Assembly (NCBI GenBank): GCA_022708105.1
Contig: JAKIZI010000001.1
Span: 16,942 to 80,941 of the forward strand
Length of the DNA stretch: 64,000 bases
Source of the DNA: Bacteroidota bacterium
GTDB taxonomy: Bacteria; Bacteroidota; Bacteroidia; Bacteroidales; WCHB1-69
Reading direction: 5' to 3'
A program made the position numbers and the translations under genes. The notes under the pieces were generated by a model. It had not been told where the DNA came from and ran no database searches. It saw nothing but the letters and a program-made list of their open reading frames with translations. The first letter of the stretch is position 1, and every line of letters begins with the position of its first letter. This document shows, in pieces, positions 49,379 through 58,444 of this stretch.

Positions 49379-50608
49379 ATGCCTCTGCCCATTATTACGC
49401 TTCAAAACGGAATAAAATTGATTCATCAGGAGATCAATTCTCCGATTGCTCACTTCGGCATTTTGGTCAATGCCGGTACCCGCGATGAGACGGAAAATAA
49501 GATGGGATTAGCCCATTTTGTAGAACATACTATTTTTAAAGGAACTAAAAAACGAAAAGGATACCAAATCTTAAAACGACTCGAAAATGTCGGGGGGGAA
49601 CTCAATGCCTGCACTTCGAAAGAAGAAACTTACTTCCACGCCTCTTTCCTGTCGCAAGATTATCCCCGCGTCTTAGAACTATTGTCGGATATCTTTTTTA
49701 ATTCTACCTTCCCCGCGAAAGAACTCGAAAAGGAAAAAGATGTGATTCTCGAAGAAATTAACTACTACAAAGATACGCCCTCCGAATTTATTTTCGACGA
49801 ATTTGAAAGCGTCCTATTCTACAAGCATCCTTTAGCCATGAATATTCTCGGAACTAAAAAGTCGGTGAAAAATATAGGGCAAGCGGATATTTTCGATTTT
49901 ATAAAGAGGCAATATACGCCGGAACATATTGTGCTCTCATCCGTGGGACAAATCGACATACACCGGCTGCAAAAGCTTTGCGATCGCTATTTTGCGACAC
50001 ACGACTTTCATAGCGGAACGCGAGACCGACAGCCGTTCACCAAATACACCCCCCAAGCGGTTCGCAAACATAAATCAATTTCTCAATCGCATATTATGTT
50101 GGGCAATATCGCCTATTCGATACAGGACGACCGCAAAAATCCGTTTCTATTGCTCACCAATTTACTCGGCGGACAAGGAATGAGTACGCGGCTGAACATG
50201 GCTATTCGCGAAAAACGAGGATTGGCTTATTCCGTCGAAGCCAATTTCGTTCCGTTTTCGGATACCGGGCTCTTTAGCATCTATATCGGATGCGACCATG
50301 AGATGATTGATAAATGTATTGAATTGACATATAAAGAGTTGAATAATCTTGCAACCCAAAAGTTAGGGACTTTGCAACTTCATTATGCCAAAAAACAACT
50401 CATCGGACAAATGGCGATTTCGAGTGAATCAAAACTCAATGAAATGCTTACCAATGGACGTAGTGCGCTCTTTTTTGATGAAGCGGATACGTTAGAAGAG
50501 GCCATTCAAAAAGTCGAAATCATTACCGCAGAGGATATTTTGGTCGTAGCGAATGAGATTTTTCAACGCGAGCAATTCTCAACGCTCATCTATTCCGGTC
50601 GCCAATAA
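49379..50608 (+). CDS. M16-family (pitrilysin/insulinase-like) zinc peptidase
   Basis: Inverted zinc motif HFVEHTIFKG (HxxEH), a downstream Glu region, and two-domain size of about 410 aa. Confidence 0.8.
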   Translation: MPLPIITLQNGIKLIHQEINSPIAHFGILVNAGTRDETENKMGLAHFVEHTIFKGTKKRKGYQILKRLENVGGELNACTSKEETYFHASFLSQDYPRVLELLSDIFFNSTFPAKELEKEKDVILEEINYYKDTPSEFIFDEFESVLFYKHPLAMNILGTKKSVKNIGQADIFDFIKRQYTPEHIVLSSVGQIDIHRLQKLCDRYFATHDFHSGTRDRQPFTKYTPQAVRKHKSISQSHIMLGNIAYSIQDDRKNPFLLLTNLLGGQGMSTRLNMAIREKRGLAYSVEANFVPFSDTGLFSIYIGCDHEMIDKCIELTYKELNNLATQKLGTLQLHYAKKQLIGQMAISSESKLNEMLTNGRSALFFDEADTLEEAIQKVEIITAEDILVVANEIFQREQFSTLIYSGRQ

Positions 50609-51220
50609 ATAGGACTTCGACTCATTGCCTTTGTTACATAACAAGTCCAGTACCGACAACGCCGGTGTAAAGCCGAATTTTTCATCGAAGACCTGCCGAT
50701 AGGGAATGTCCGGCTTGAAAGGATAATCAGAGGTGCCGTACAACTTGGGATGAATCGTATAACGAGCATCTATTGAAGCCGTTTCATCATATTCCATAAA
50801 TTGCTCCGTATAGAAAATCTCCTTTTCTGTCCGTAACAATTTCAAAATCACCGCCAAAAGTTCCTGATTAAAATCCCATAAATATTTTATCTTTTTCTCG
50901 TAAAATGGCGCCAAAAAATCGCGGTAATAGATAAAAAACGGGCTATTATTGTATGCCGTCTCCATAGTACGCCAATGATGCCGCTGCCATTCGGTTTTGT
51001 AGTCGATTTCCACCTCTTTAATCATCATTTTCTGATACTTCTGCACCACAGGAATCGATAGCGATTGAGGTCCGTTCGCACTCAAAACAGTCATTCTATT
51101 GCGGTAAGACTGCTTTCTGTAATGCTCTTCGGCCTCCAGATAGATCGTTTCCGGACGCAGGAGCAACGCCATATACGCAATAGGCGGGAAGTAAGCGGAA
51201 GTCAAAAGAATTTTACTCAT
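50579..51220 (-). CDS. WbqC-family protein
   Basis: The N-terminus SAYFPPIAYMALL...EEHYRKQSYRNR is characteristic of WbqC-like proteins. Has a 30-nt convergent overlap with the M16 peptidase 3' end. Confidence 0.6.
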   Translation of the reverse strand: MSKILLTSAYFPPIAYMALLLRPETIYLEAEEHYRKQSYRNRMTVLSANGPQSLSIPVVQKYQKMMIKEVEIDYKTEWQRHHWRTMETAYNNSPFFIYYRDFLAPFYEKKIKYLWDFNQELLAVILKLLRTEKEIFYTEQFMEYDETASIDARYTIHPKLYGTSDYPFKPDIPYRQVFDEKFGFTPALSVLDLLCNKGNESKSYLLATGIDER

Positions 51221-51333
51221 AACCTGAGTTCGATTTATAAAATTCTGTATATCAATGAATTAAAGAGTTAAAATATTAAGTTAATTCAATGGGATTTATT
51301 ATCTTTATAACTGATAACCAACAAATTAAATAA

Positions 51334-51809
51334 AATCCCATAAATATAACCTGCGACAAAATTACGGAAATTTTCTATTTGGCAGATGATTTTTGCAAAG
51401 AATTTTATGCTGTTCTCGATAAGAATTCATTAGGAAAAAATCCAAAAAGAAAACCGATGATGTCTCACAGTAAAATTATAACGATTATGATTTTATTTCA
51501 CTATGGTTCTTTTCGTAATTTTAAGCACATTTACTCCTATTATGTTCCTTTTCATCTACGTTCATATTTTCCCAAAACAGTTTCTTACAATCGATTTGTT
51601 GAATTAATGGAAAAAGAAACATTAGCCTTGACAATAATGCTTCACATTTGTTGTTTAGGCCAAGATAACGGGATTGCTTTTGTAGATTCCACCCCAATAA
51701 GAGTGTGTAAAAATAAACGTATCGCAATAACGTATTTAAAGGTCTTGCTGCCATTGGCAAAAGCATCGTGGAATGGTTTCATGGATTCAAATTACATCTG
51801 ATTATTTAA
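51334..51809 (+). pseudogene. IS982-family transposase remnant (no ATG start, frameshifted, 3' half missing)
   Basis: KITEIFYLADDFCKEF...ITIMILFHYGSFRNFKHIYSYYV...FPKTVSYNRFVELMEK...IAFVDSTPIRVCKNKRI matches the IS982 transposase N-terminal half. Homology continues in the next reading frame (-1 relative to the first) from 51729 (NVFKGLAAIGKSIVEWFHGFKLHLII) and stops at 51807-51809. About 155 of roughly 290 codons are present. Confidence 0.65.
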
Positions 51810-51867
51810 TATCGAACTCCGATTGATACATAGAAAAGGATAACTTACTCTCAAATTATATTATTTT

Positions 51868-51999
51868 GTATTTTATAGAATACAATTTTTATATACTTTT
51901 GTATTTTAGAAAATACAAAAATTATATTATTTTGTATTATATAGAATACAATTTTTATATATCTTTGCATTTTATAAAATACATTTTATATCTTTGCAA
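51868..51999 (+). repeat. four 16-bp palindromes (GTATT-N6-AATAC) phased exactly 33 bp apart within a 66-bp tandem duplication
   Basis: gtattttatagaatac at 51868, gtattttagaaaatac at 51901, gtattatatagaatac at 51934, and gcattttataaaatac at 51967 (one arm mismatch). The 66-bp units 51853-51918 and 51919-51984 differ at a few positions. Confidence 0.85.
51989..51996 (+). promoter_or_regulatory. Bacteroidota -7 promoter box (TAnnTTTG), third of three tandem copies
   Basis: TATCTTTG lies 16 nt upstream of the ATG at 52013. Earlier copies are TACTTTTG at 51894-51901 and TATCTTTG at 51960-51967. Confidence 0.5.
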
Positions 52000-52012
52000 A
52001 AAAATAAAAACC

Positions 52013-53215
52013 ATGAAACAATTATTTTTAGCATTTTACCGCAAATTAGAAGAGACTGACATGCGTTTTGAACGATATTTAAAAAATCAAATCGACTGGA
52101 ACAATCGGCTAATTGCGATTACAGGGGCACGTGGAACAGGAAAAACCACCATGTTGTTGCAACACATCAAAGAACAATACGGCAATCATCCTGATCATGT
52201 ACTATTTGTGAGCTTAGATAACATTTATTTCAGCTCCCGAAATTTGTATTCATTGGCTGATGAATTTTATGCCTTCGGCGGAAAAGAATTATATTTGGAC
52301 GAAGTACATAAATATCCTACTTGGGCTCAAGAAATCAAAAATATATATGATGATTTTCCTAAAATAAAAATTATTTTTACAGGTTCATCCATGTTGCAAA
52401 TTTTGAAAGCAGATGCTGATTTAAGTCGTCGTATTCGGCATTTTCAATTATATGGTTTATCCTTTCGAGAATTTTTAATTTTCGAAGGACTTATTCAAAA
52501 GTCGCAAAGTCCATATTTACTTGAAGATATTCTTAAAAATCACTTGGCGATTGCTCAGAAATTTAATAAAGAATTTACCCCGTTACCGGCATTTCAGAAA
52601 TACCTTAAATTTGGATATTATCCTTATTATCAAGAAGATATTGCGGGTTATGGTGAACGTGTCTTGCAAACTTTCAATACCGTGATAGAGAGTGATCTGC
52701 CAAATGTTGAGCGTATTGATTTCTACTCAATCAACAGAATTAAAAAGCTGTTTTACATACTTTCGGAAATGGTTCCCTTTGCGCCAAATATTTCGCAATT
52801 GAGTCAAATGGTAGATGTAACCCGCACGAGTTTAATGAATTATCTTGGGCTTCTCGAAAAATCACATAGTATTTTATTACTTAAAAAGAAAGCGACGGGA
52901 ATAAGACAAATGGTTAAGCCGGAGAAGATTTACTTGCAAAACACCAACTATAATTATGCTCTTGCTCCGGAAAATCCACAAATCGGAAATGTACGGGAAA
53001 CTTTTTTCTTTAACCAACTACAACAAAATCACGATGTTAGCTTTACTGAAGAGACGGATTTTTGCATTGACGGAAAATACTATTTTGAGATAGGCGGCAA
53101 AAATAAAAGCAACATACAAGTAAGAAATTTAGAGTATGCATATTTGGCACTTGACGGTTTGACGATTGGTTTTCAGAACGAAATTCCTCTATGGTTATTT
53201 GGTTTTTTATATTAA
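52013..53215 (+). CDS. AAA-family ATPase (AAA_14 plus DUF4143-type architecture)
   Basis: Walker A ITGARGTGKTT and Walker B LYLDEVH, about 400 aa, typical of Bacteroidota 'ATP-binding protein' genes. The track start at 51866 translates the AT-rich repeat array, so the ATG at 52013 (MKQLFLAFYRKLEE) is preferred. Confidence 0.7.
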   Translation: MKQLFLAFYRKLEETDMRFERYLKNQIDWNNRLIAITGARGTGKTTMLLQHIKEQYGNHPDHVLFVSLDNIYFSSRNLYSLADEFYAFGGKELYLDEVHKYPTWAQEIKNIYDDFPKIKIIFTGSSMLQILKADADLSRRIRHFQLYGLSFREFLIFEGLIQKSQSPYLLEDILKNHLAIAQKFNKEFTPLPAFQKYLKFGYYPYYQEDIAGYGERVLQTFNTVIESDLPNVERIDFYSINRIKKLFYILSEMVPFAPNISQLSQMVDVTRTSLMNYLGLLEKSHSILLLKKKATGIRQMVKPEKIYLQNTNYNYALAPENPQIGNVRETFFFNQLQQNHDVSFTEETDFCIDGKYYFEIGGKNKSNIQVRNLEYAYLALDGLTIGFQNEIPLWLFGFLY

Positions 53216-53217
53216 CA

Positions 53218-53234
53218 TTTGAGATATTCTCAAA
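53218..53234 (+). terminator. weak hairpin after the ATPase gene
   Basis: tttgaga-tat-tctcaaa starts 3 nt after the stop. No clear T-run follows. Confidence 0.3.
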
Positions 53235-53285
53235 ATTCGGTTCAAACTACAATTAATGTATTGGTTTATTTAATGTGAAAAAAGA

Positions 53286-53293
53286 TTACATTT
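53286..53293 (+). promoter_or_regulatory. Bacteroidota -7 promoter box (TAnnTTTG) for radA
   Basis: TACATTTG lies 21 nt upstream of the ATG at 53315. Confidence 0.5.
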
Positions 53294-53314
53294 GCATCTT
53301 AAAACAGAATTTGT

Positions 53315-54703
53315 ATGGCGAAATTAAAATCTTCATTTTTTTGCAAAAATTGTGGTGCACAATCGGCTAAATGGATGGGACGTTGTCCCTCATGTGGCGA
53401 ATGGAATACGTTTGAGGAGGAGATTTTAGTCCGTGCAGACCCACCCAAAGGAAAATCTTCCGGAATGGGTATTCCTTCCTCTCCAAAGTTAATTGAGGAT
53501 ATTTCGCTTACGGAATTGCCCCGACTTAAATCAGGATTTCGAGAACTGGATGGGGTGCTGGGCGGCGGTATTGTGCGTGGCTCCATCATTCTGCTTGGAG
53601 GTGAACCCGGTATCGGAAAATCTACCTTATTGCTGCAAATGGCTATGGCCCTATCTGATACAAAGGTACTTTATGTTTCGGGTGAGGAGAGTGAAAGTCA
53701 GTTGAAAATGCGGGCAGAACGATTAGAAATCAATACCAACACAGAACATTGTTATATCCTTACGGAAACCAATACGCAAGAGATTTTTCAACATATCGAC
53801 CAACTTCGGCCGGATGTAATTATCATTGATTCCATACAAACGTTACAGAGCAACTTATTGGATTCTGCTTCTGGTTCAATTTCACAAATCAAGGAGTGTG
53901 CAGCGGAATTTCAGCACTTGGCAAAGACAACGGCCATCCCCGTCTTCTTAATTGGTCATATTACCAAAGATGGCACATTGGCCGGTCCGAAGATTTTGGA
54001 ACATATTGTGGATACGGTGTTGCAATTTGAAGGCGATCAACATTACGGATACAGGATTGTGCGTTGCACCAAGAACCGGTTCGGCTCTACTTCAGAGTTG
54101 GGTATTTTTGAGATGACCGGGAACGGTTTGCGCGAGGTTCTCAACTCTTCGGAAATATTGTTGTCTCAGCGGGACGAGGATTTTAGCGGAAATGCTATTG
54201 CGGCGATTCTTGAAGGAAATCGACCTTTGATGATTGAGACACAAGCACTGGTCAGCTCGGCAGTTTATGGCATGCCGCAGCGCTCCGCCACCGGATATGA
54301 TATTCGACGCATGAACATGTTGCTGGCAGTATTAGAAAAACGCTGTCGTTTCAAATTAGGAGCTAAAGATGTATTTATCAATATTGCCGGTGGTATTCAT
54401 GTGGAAGATCCGGCCATTAATCTCTCTATTGTAGCCGCTATTCTTTCTTCGGTCACCGACATTCCGATAGATGCCAAAACCTGCTTTGCGGGTGAAATGG
54501 GATTAAACGGAGAAATTCGTGCGGTAACTCGCATCGAACAGCGAATTACCGAAGCCGATAAATTGGGCTTTACCCGAATATTCCTTTCCAAATATAATAT
54601 GAAAGGACTGAAACAGAATCAATTTGGGATAGAACTCATTCCTATTGGGAAAATCGATGAAATCTTTGCGTTGCTTTTCGAACCCAGGGAAAGCAAATCC
54701 TGA
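53315..54703 (+). CDS. radA: DNA repair protein RadA/Sms
   Basis: Zinc finger CKNCGAQSAKWMGRCPSCGEWNT, Walker A GGEPGIGKSTL, the KNRFG motif, and a Lon-protease-like C-terminal domain. Confidence 0.92.
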   Translation: MAKLKSSFFCKNCGAQSAKWMGRCPSCGEWNTFEEEILVRADPPKGKSSGMGIPSSPKLIEDISLTELPRLKSGFRELDGVLGGGIVRGSIILLGGEPGIGKSTLLLQMAMALSDTKVLYVSGEESESQLKMRAERLEINTNTEHCYILTETNTQEIFQHIDQLRPDVIIIDSIQTLQSNLLDSASGSISQIKECAAEFQHLAKTTAIPVFLIGHITKDGTLAGPKILEHIVDTVLQFEGDQHYGYRIVRCTKNRFGSTSELGIFEMTGNGLREVLNSSEILLSQRDEDFSGNAIAAILEGNRPLMIETQALVSSAVYGMPQRSATGYDIRRMNMLLAVLEKRCRFKLGAKDVFINIAGGIHVEDPAINLSIVAAILSSVTDIPIDAKTCFAGEMGLNGEIRAVTRIEQRITEADKLGFTRIFLSKYNMKGLKQNQFGIELIPIGKIDEIFALLFEPRESKS

Positions 54704-54764
54704 TAATTTCTTAGAATTGCTTTGAACTCGAATAAAGGTAAAATGAACGAAAAAAAATATAAAT

Positions 54765-55484
54765 TTACTTAATTTTGAGGAGATCCTCCGGAGTGTCAAT
54801 GGCTATATTTTCATGGAAACACTCGGCCACGGAAATGGAATAGCCGTAGTCGATCCAGCGGAGTTGTTCCAACTTTTCGGCTTCTTCTAAGGACGATTTC
54901 GGGAGCAGGATTAATTCCTTCAGCGTTTTATACCTATAAGCGTAAATGCCGATATGTTTGTATCGATTTACCGAAACCGAAGATTCATCACGGACAAACG
55001 GAATCGGAAACCTGCTGAAATAGATAGCTTGATGCTTTTGAGAGAAGAGCACTTTCACCATATTGGGATTTTGAACATCCTCCGTCGCGGGGTCTATTTT
55101 TTTTACAAGGGTGGCAATCCGGACTTGCTCCGATTTAAATTCGGCCATCAGCAATTCAATCTCCTCTTTTCGAATAAAGGGTTCATCGCCCTGAATATTG
55201 ATGACCACATCCTCCTCCGTCAGTCCGAGCAAACGAGCAGCTTCGCCGCAGCGGTCGGTTCCGGAGGGATGTTCCGGAGAAGTCATCACCACTTCTCCCC
55301 CAAAATCGAGAACAACTTTCCGAATGCGCTCATCATCGGTAGCAACAACTACTTTGCTTAAGGAAGCACTGTTTACTTGTTCATACACCCATTGAATCAT
55401 GGGCTTCCCTTTAATCAGGGCTAATGGTTTTCCTGGAAAACGGGAAGAGGCGTAGCGTGCCGGGATAATACCTATAAAAGCCAT
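54765..55484 (-). CDS. kdsB: 3-deoxy-manno-octulosonate cytidylyltransferase (CMP-KDO synthetase)
   Basis: IIPARYASSRFPGKPL, VVVATDDERI, INIQGDEPF, HIGIYAYR. Confidence 0.88.
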   Translation of the reverse strand: MAFIGIIPARYASSRFPGKPLALIKGKPMIQWVYEQVNSASLSKVVVATDDERIRKVVLDFGGEVVMTSPEHPSGTDRCGEAARLLGLTEEDVVINIQGDEPFIRKEEIELLMAEFKSEQVRIATLVKKIDPATEDVQNPNMVKVLFSQKHQAIYFSRFPIPFVRDESSVSVNRYKHIGIYAYRYKTLKELILLPKSSLEEAEKLEQLRWIDYGYSISVAECFHENIAIDTPEDLLKIK

Positions 55485-55496
55485 AATCCGGTATGT

Positions 55497-56114
55497 TTAT
55501 TTGAAAAGGCCGTATAGTTCGGCATTAATTTTTTCGATTACAATACCAAAATCTTCGGCTTTTTCTCCAAATTTGATCGTATTAACATCCACAACAAGGA
55601 GTTTTCCTCTGTTGTAGTTATTAATCCAATTTTCATATCGTTCATTAAGATGTTGCAAGTAGTCGATTCGGATTGAATTTTCATAGTCTCGACCTCTTTT
55701 TTGAATTTGAGCGACCAACGTTGAGGTATCTGCTTTGAGATAGATGAGCAGGTCGGGGGCTTGCAGGAATTGAGCCATCAGTTCAAAGAGAGAGGCATAA
55801 TTTTCAAAATCTCGCGTAGGCATAAGTCCCATAGCATGAAGATTCGGGGCAAAAATGTAAGCATCTTCGTATATTGTTCGGTCTTGAATTACATCTTTTT
55901 TCTTCTGTCGAATTTCGATAACTTGTCGAAAGCGATTATTCAAGAAGTAAACTTGCAAATTAAAAGACCAACGTTGCATGTCTTCATAAAAACTTGCAAG
56001 GTAGGGATTATTGTCTACACTTTCGTACATGGGCTCCCATCCGTAATGTTTGGCCAGCATGTTGGTTAGTGTGGTTTTTCCAGAACCGATGTTTCCTGCT
56101 ACAGCGATATGCAT
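55497..56114 (-). CDS. deoxynucleoside kinase
   Basis: P-loop IAVAGNIGSGKTTL and a dNK-family ERS-like region (QDRTIYED) with the lid region. Confidence 0.8.
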   Translation of the reverse strand: MHIAVAGNIGSGKTTLTNMLAKHYGWEPMYESVDNNPYLASFYEDMQRWSFNLQVYFLNNRFRQVIEIRQKKKDVIQDRTIYEDAYIFAPNLHAMGLMPTRDFENYASLFELMAQFLQAPDLLIYLKADTSTLVAQIQKRGRDYENSIRIDYLQHLNERYENWINNYNRGKLLVVDVNTIKFGEKAEDFGIVIEKINAELYGLFK

Positions 56115-56192
56115 AAAATATATGATTAAATTTATAAAAATTGATAATATCAGAGGGTTGAAATGGTTTGTGACAAAGATAAAAAAAAATGT

Positions 56193-58190
56193 TTATTCCG
56201 TCAGATTATTTTTTGTTTTTGTTTTCAGAGAGTGTGATACAAGATAGGTGCATAGTAGAAGGAACATAACGATAGACAACACATTAAACGGAGCAGAGCC
56301 GATCCATTGTGCCGAAATATTCGGTTCAATTCCGGCATATTTAAGGATGGCGCTCACAACTCCCATGATAGCTCCGCCGGCCAACAATCCCGAAGCGAGC
56401 AGGGTCCCTTTTTCTTTACGTGCTTTATTGAGTGCTTCGTTTTTACTTCTGCTGCTAATCAGCCAAGCGATAAATCCACCCACGAGCAATGGAATATTCA
56501 GTTGAAGCGGAATAAACATCCCTAGAGAGAACGCAAGAGCAGGAATGCCGATACGGTCAAGGACGATAGCGAGGATAGCCCCGATGATATAGAGCATCCA
56601 AGGGGTTTGTCCTCCGAACATTAGCGGTTCGATGATGGCAGCCATGGCGTTGGCTTGTGGAGCTACTAACGAATTTTCACCGGTGTATCCGTAAGTTTTG
56701 GAAAGAATAATGATTACACCGCCTACCGTCAGAGCAGAAACAAACGTTCCGAGGAACTTGAGGGCTTGTTGTTTATATGGAGAAGAACCTATCCAGTAGC
56801 CGATTTTAAGGTCAGTGATAAAGCCCCCGGCCATAGCCAACGCAGAGCATACAATCCCGCCCACGATCAAGGCCGTTATAATCCCGGTTCCGCCTTGTAA
56901 ACCCACTGCAGACAAAATAAATGAAGAGAGAATCAGCGTCATCATGGTCATCCCTGACACAGGGTTGGTTCCTACGGTAGCAATGGCCGTTGCAGCTACT
57001 GTCGTAAAGAGAAACGCAAAAATAAAAATAACCAGAAGTCCCACAATTATTTGGGTAAGATTCATACTCAAACCACCAAACAAAAAGAATACGAAAATAA
57101 GCAGTGCCACGGCAAGGAATCCAAAGAGAATAATTTTCATAGAGATATCTCGTTGGGTTCTCAGTATTTTATGGTCATCGTCGTCGTGTTTGGATTTACT
57201 TGCTTTAAAAACCACTCCGAAAGAAGACTTAATCACCCCTGCGGATTTGATTACCCCAATAATTCCGGCCATTGCGATCCCACCGATGCCGATATATCTT
57301 ACATAGTTAGAAAATATCATTTCGGGGTCGAGGGTTTGCATCAGAATGCCGTCTGCGGTTACTCCGTATTGTCCGAGCAAGGGCACGATAAACCACCATG
57401 AGAGCAAGGAACCAGCGCAAATAATCACCGAATATTTGAGTCCTATCAGGAAGCCCGTACCGAGCAGAATGGAACCGGCATTCATTTTAAATACAAATTT
57501 GTAGTCCATGGCCAATTTTTCTCCGAAAGAGGACATCCGAGAGGAGATATTTTCTGCCCACAGTTGGAAGGTCGTCATAAGGAAATCGTAAAGACCACCG
57601 ATGAGCCCACTGATTAGCAATAATTTAGCTTGAGAGCCCCCTTTGGCACCGGAAACTAAAATTTCGGTGGTAGCCGTTGCTTCGGGGAAGGGATACTTCC
57701 CGTGCATATCGGAAACAAAATATTTCCTAAAAGGAATGAGGAACAAAATCCCGAGAAAACCACCGAAAAGGGAGGCTAAGAATATTTGGAAGAAGTTGAT
57801 TTGCATATTGATATCGGGATTCTTCTCCTGGATGATGTATATTGCCGGGAGTGTAAAGATGGCTCCGGCGACAATCACACCCGAACTTGCTCCGATGGAT
57901 TGTATAATCACATTCTCAGAGAGAGGGCTTTTGCGTTTAGCCACAGTGGAGATGCCCACCGCGATAATGGCAATGGGAATGGCGGCCTCGAACACTTGTC
58001 CGAATCGTAGCCCCGAGTAAGCTGTTGCCGCGGAAAAAATTACGGCCATCAGGATTCCCCAAAGGACGGTCCATGTATTGATTTCAGGATATTTTTTAGA
58101 GGAGAGTAAAACCGGTTTGTATTCTTCGCCCTCTTTCAGTTCAGAATAGGCGTTATCGGCTAATTTAATTTCTTTTTCTTCTTCTGCCAT
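56193..58190 (-). CDS. OPT-family oligopeptide transporter
   Basis: 665-aa polytopic membrane protein. The N-terminal region (ELKEGEEYKP...TWTVLWGILMAVIFSAATAYSGLRFG) and overall pattern resemble the OPT superfamily. Confidence 0.75.
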   Translation of the reverse strand: MAEEEKEIKLADNAYSELKEGEEYKPVLLSSKKYPEINTWTVLWGILMAVIFSAATAYSGLRFGQVFEAAIPIAIIAVGISTVAKRKSPLSENVIIQSIGASSGVIVAGAIFTLPAIYIIQEKNPDINMQINFFQIFLASLFGGFLGILFLIPFRKYFVSDMHGKYPFPEATATTEILVSGAKGGSQAKLLLISGLIGGLYDFLMTTFQLWAENISSRMSSFGEKLAMDYKFVFKMNAGSILLGTGFLIGLKYSVIICAGSLLSWWFIVPLLGQYGVTADGILMQTLDPEMIFSNYVRYIGIGGIAMAGIIGVIKSAGVIKSSFGVVFKASKSKHDDDDHKILRTQRDISMKIILFGFLAVALLIFVFFLFGGLSMNLTQIIVGLLVIFIFAFLFTTVAATAIATVGTNPVSGMTMMTLILSSFILSAVGLQGGTGIITALIVGGIVCSALAMAGGFITDLKIGYWIGSSPYKQQALKFLGTFVSALTVGGVIIILSKTYGYTGENSLVAPQANAMAAIIEPLMFGGQTPWMLYIIGAILAIVLDRIGIPALAFSLGMFIPLQLNIPLLVGGFIAWLISSRSKNEALNKARKEKGTLLASGLLAGGAIMGVVSAILKYAGIEPNISAQWIGSAPFNVLSIVMFLLLCTYLVSHSLKTKTKNNLTE

Positions 58191-58424
58191 AAGTATATAT
58201 TTTTTAGAAAATAGTGCTACAAAAATAAAATAAAAAGTTGAACATACAAGAAAAAAAAGAGATAAAATAACTTTTATCGGGATTGTTAGAAGCGCCCTGA
58301 AAAGTTAATGTTTTAAGGGTAATGAGGTTTATCTGAGATTATTTGTAGATTGGTAGTGTTTCAAAAGATGAAATAGTCTGTTGCACCTTTTATACTATAT
58401 ATTGTATTAATCAGAATAAACCCA

Positions 58425-58432
58425 TATTTTTG
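58425..58432 (+). promoter_or_regulatory. Bacteroidota -7 promoter box (TAnnTTTG)
   Basis: TATTTTTG lies 12 nt upstream of the ATG at 58445, which argues against the track TTG start at 58430. Confidence 0.45.
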
Positions 58433-58444
58433 TGCACAAAAAAT

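Noticed and set aside
51289-51341. Imperfect inverted repeat atgggatttatt / aaataaaatcccat as the IS982 terminal inverted repeat
   Set aside because: Both arms lie on the same (left) side of the transposase relic, and no matching right end was found. It may be a hairpin or chance AT-rich symmetry.
51853-51999. Possible CRISPR-like or minisatellite array
   Set aside because: There are only about 2.3 copies of a 66-bp unit (four 33-bp sub-units) with no unique spacers and no cas genes. It is better explained as a duplicated promoter/operator region.
51866-52012. N-terminal 49 codons of track ORF 51866..53215 (MYFIEYNFYILLYFRKYKNYIILYYIEYNFY...)
   Set aside because: This is a translation of the AT-rich palindrome and promoter repeat array. 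A -7 box at 51989 and the ATG at 52013 (MKQLFLAFYRK...) give a normal ATPase N-terminus.
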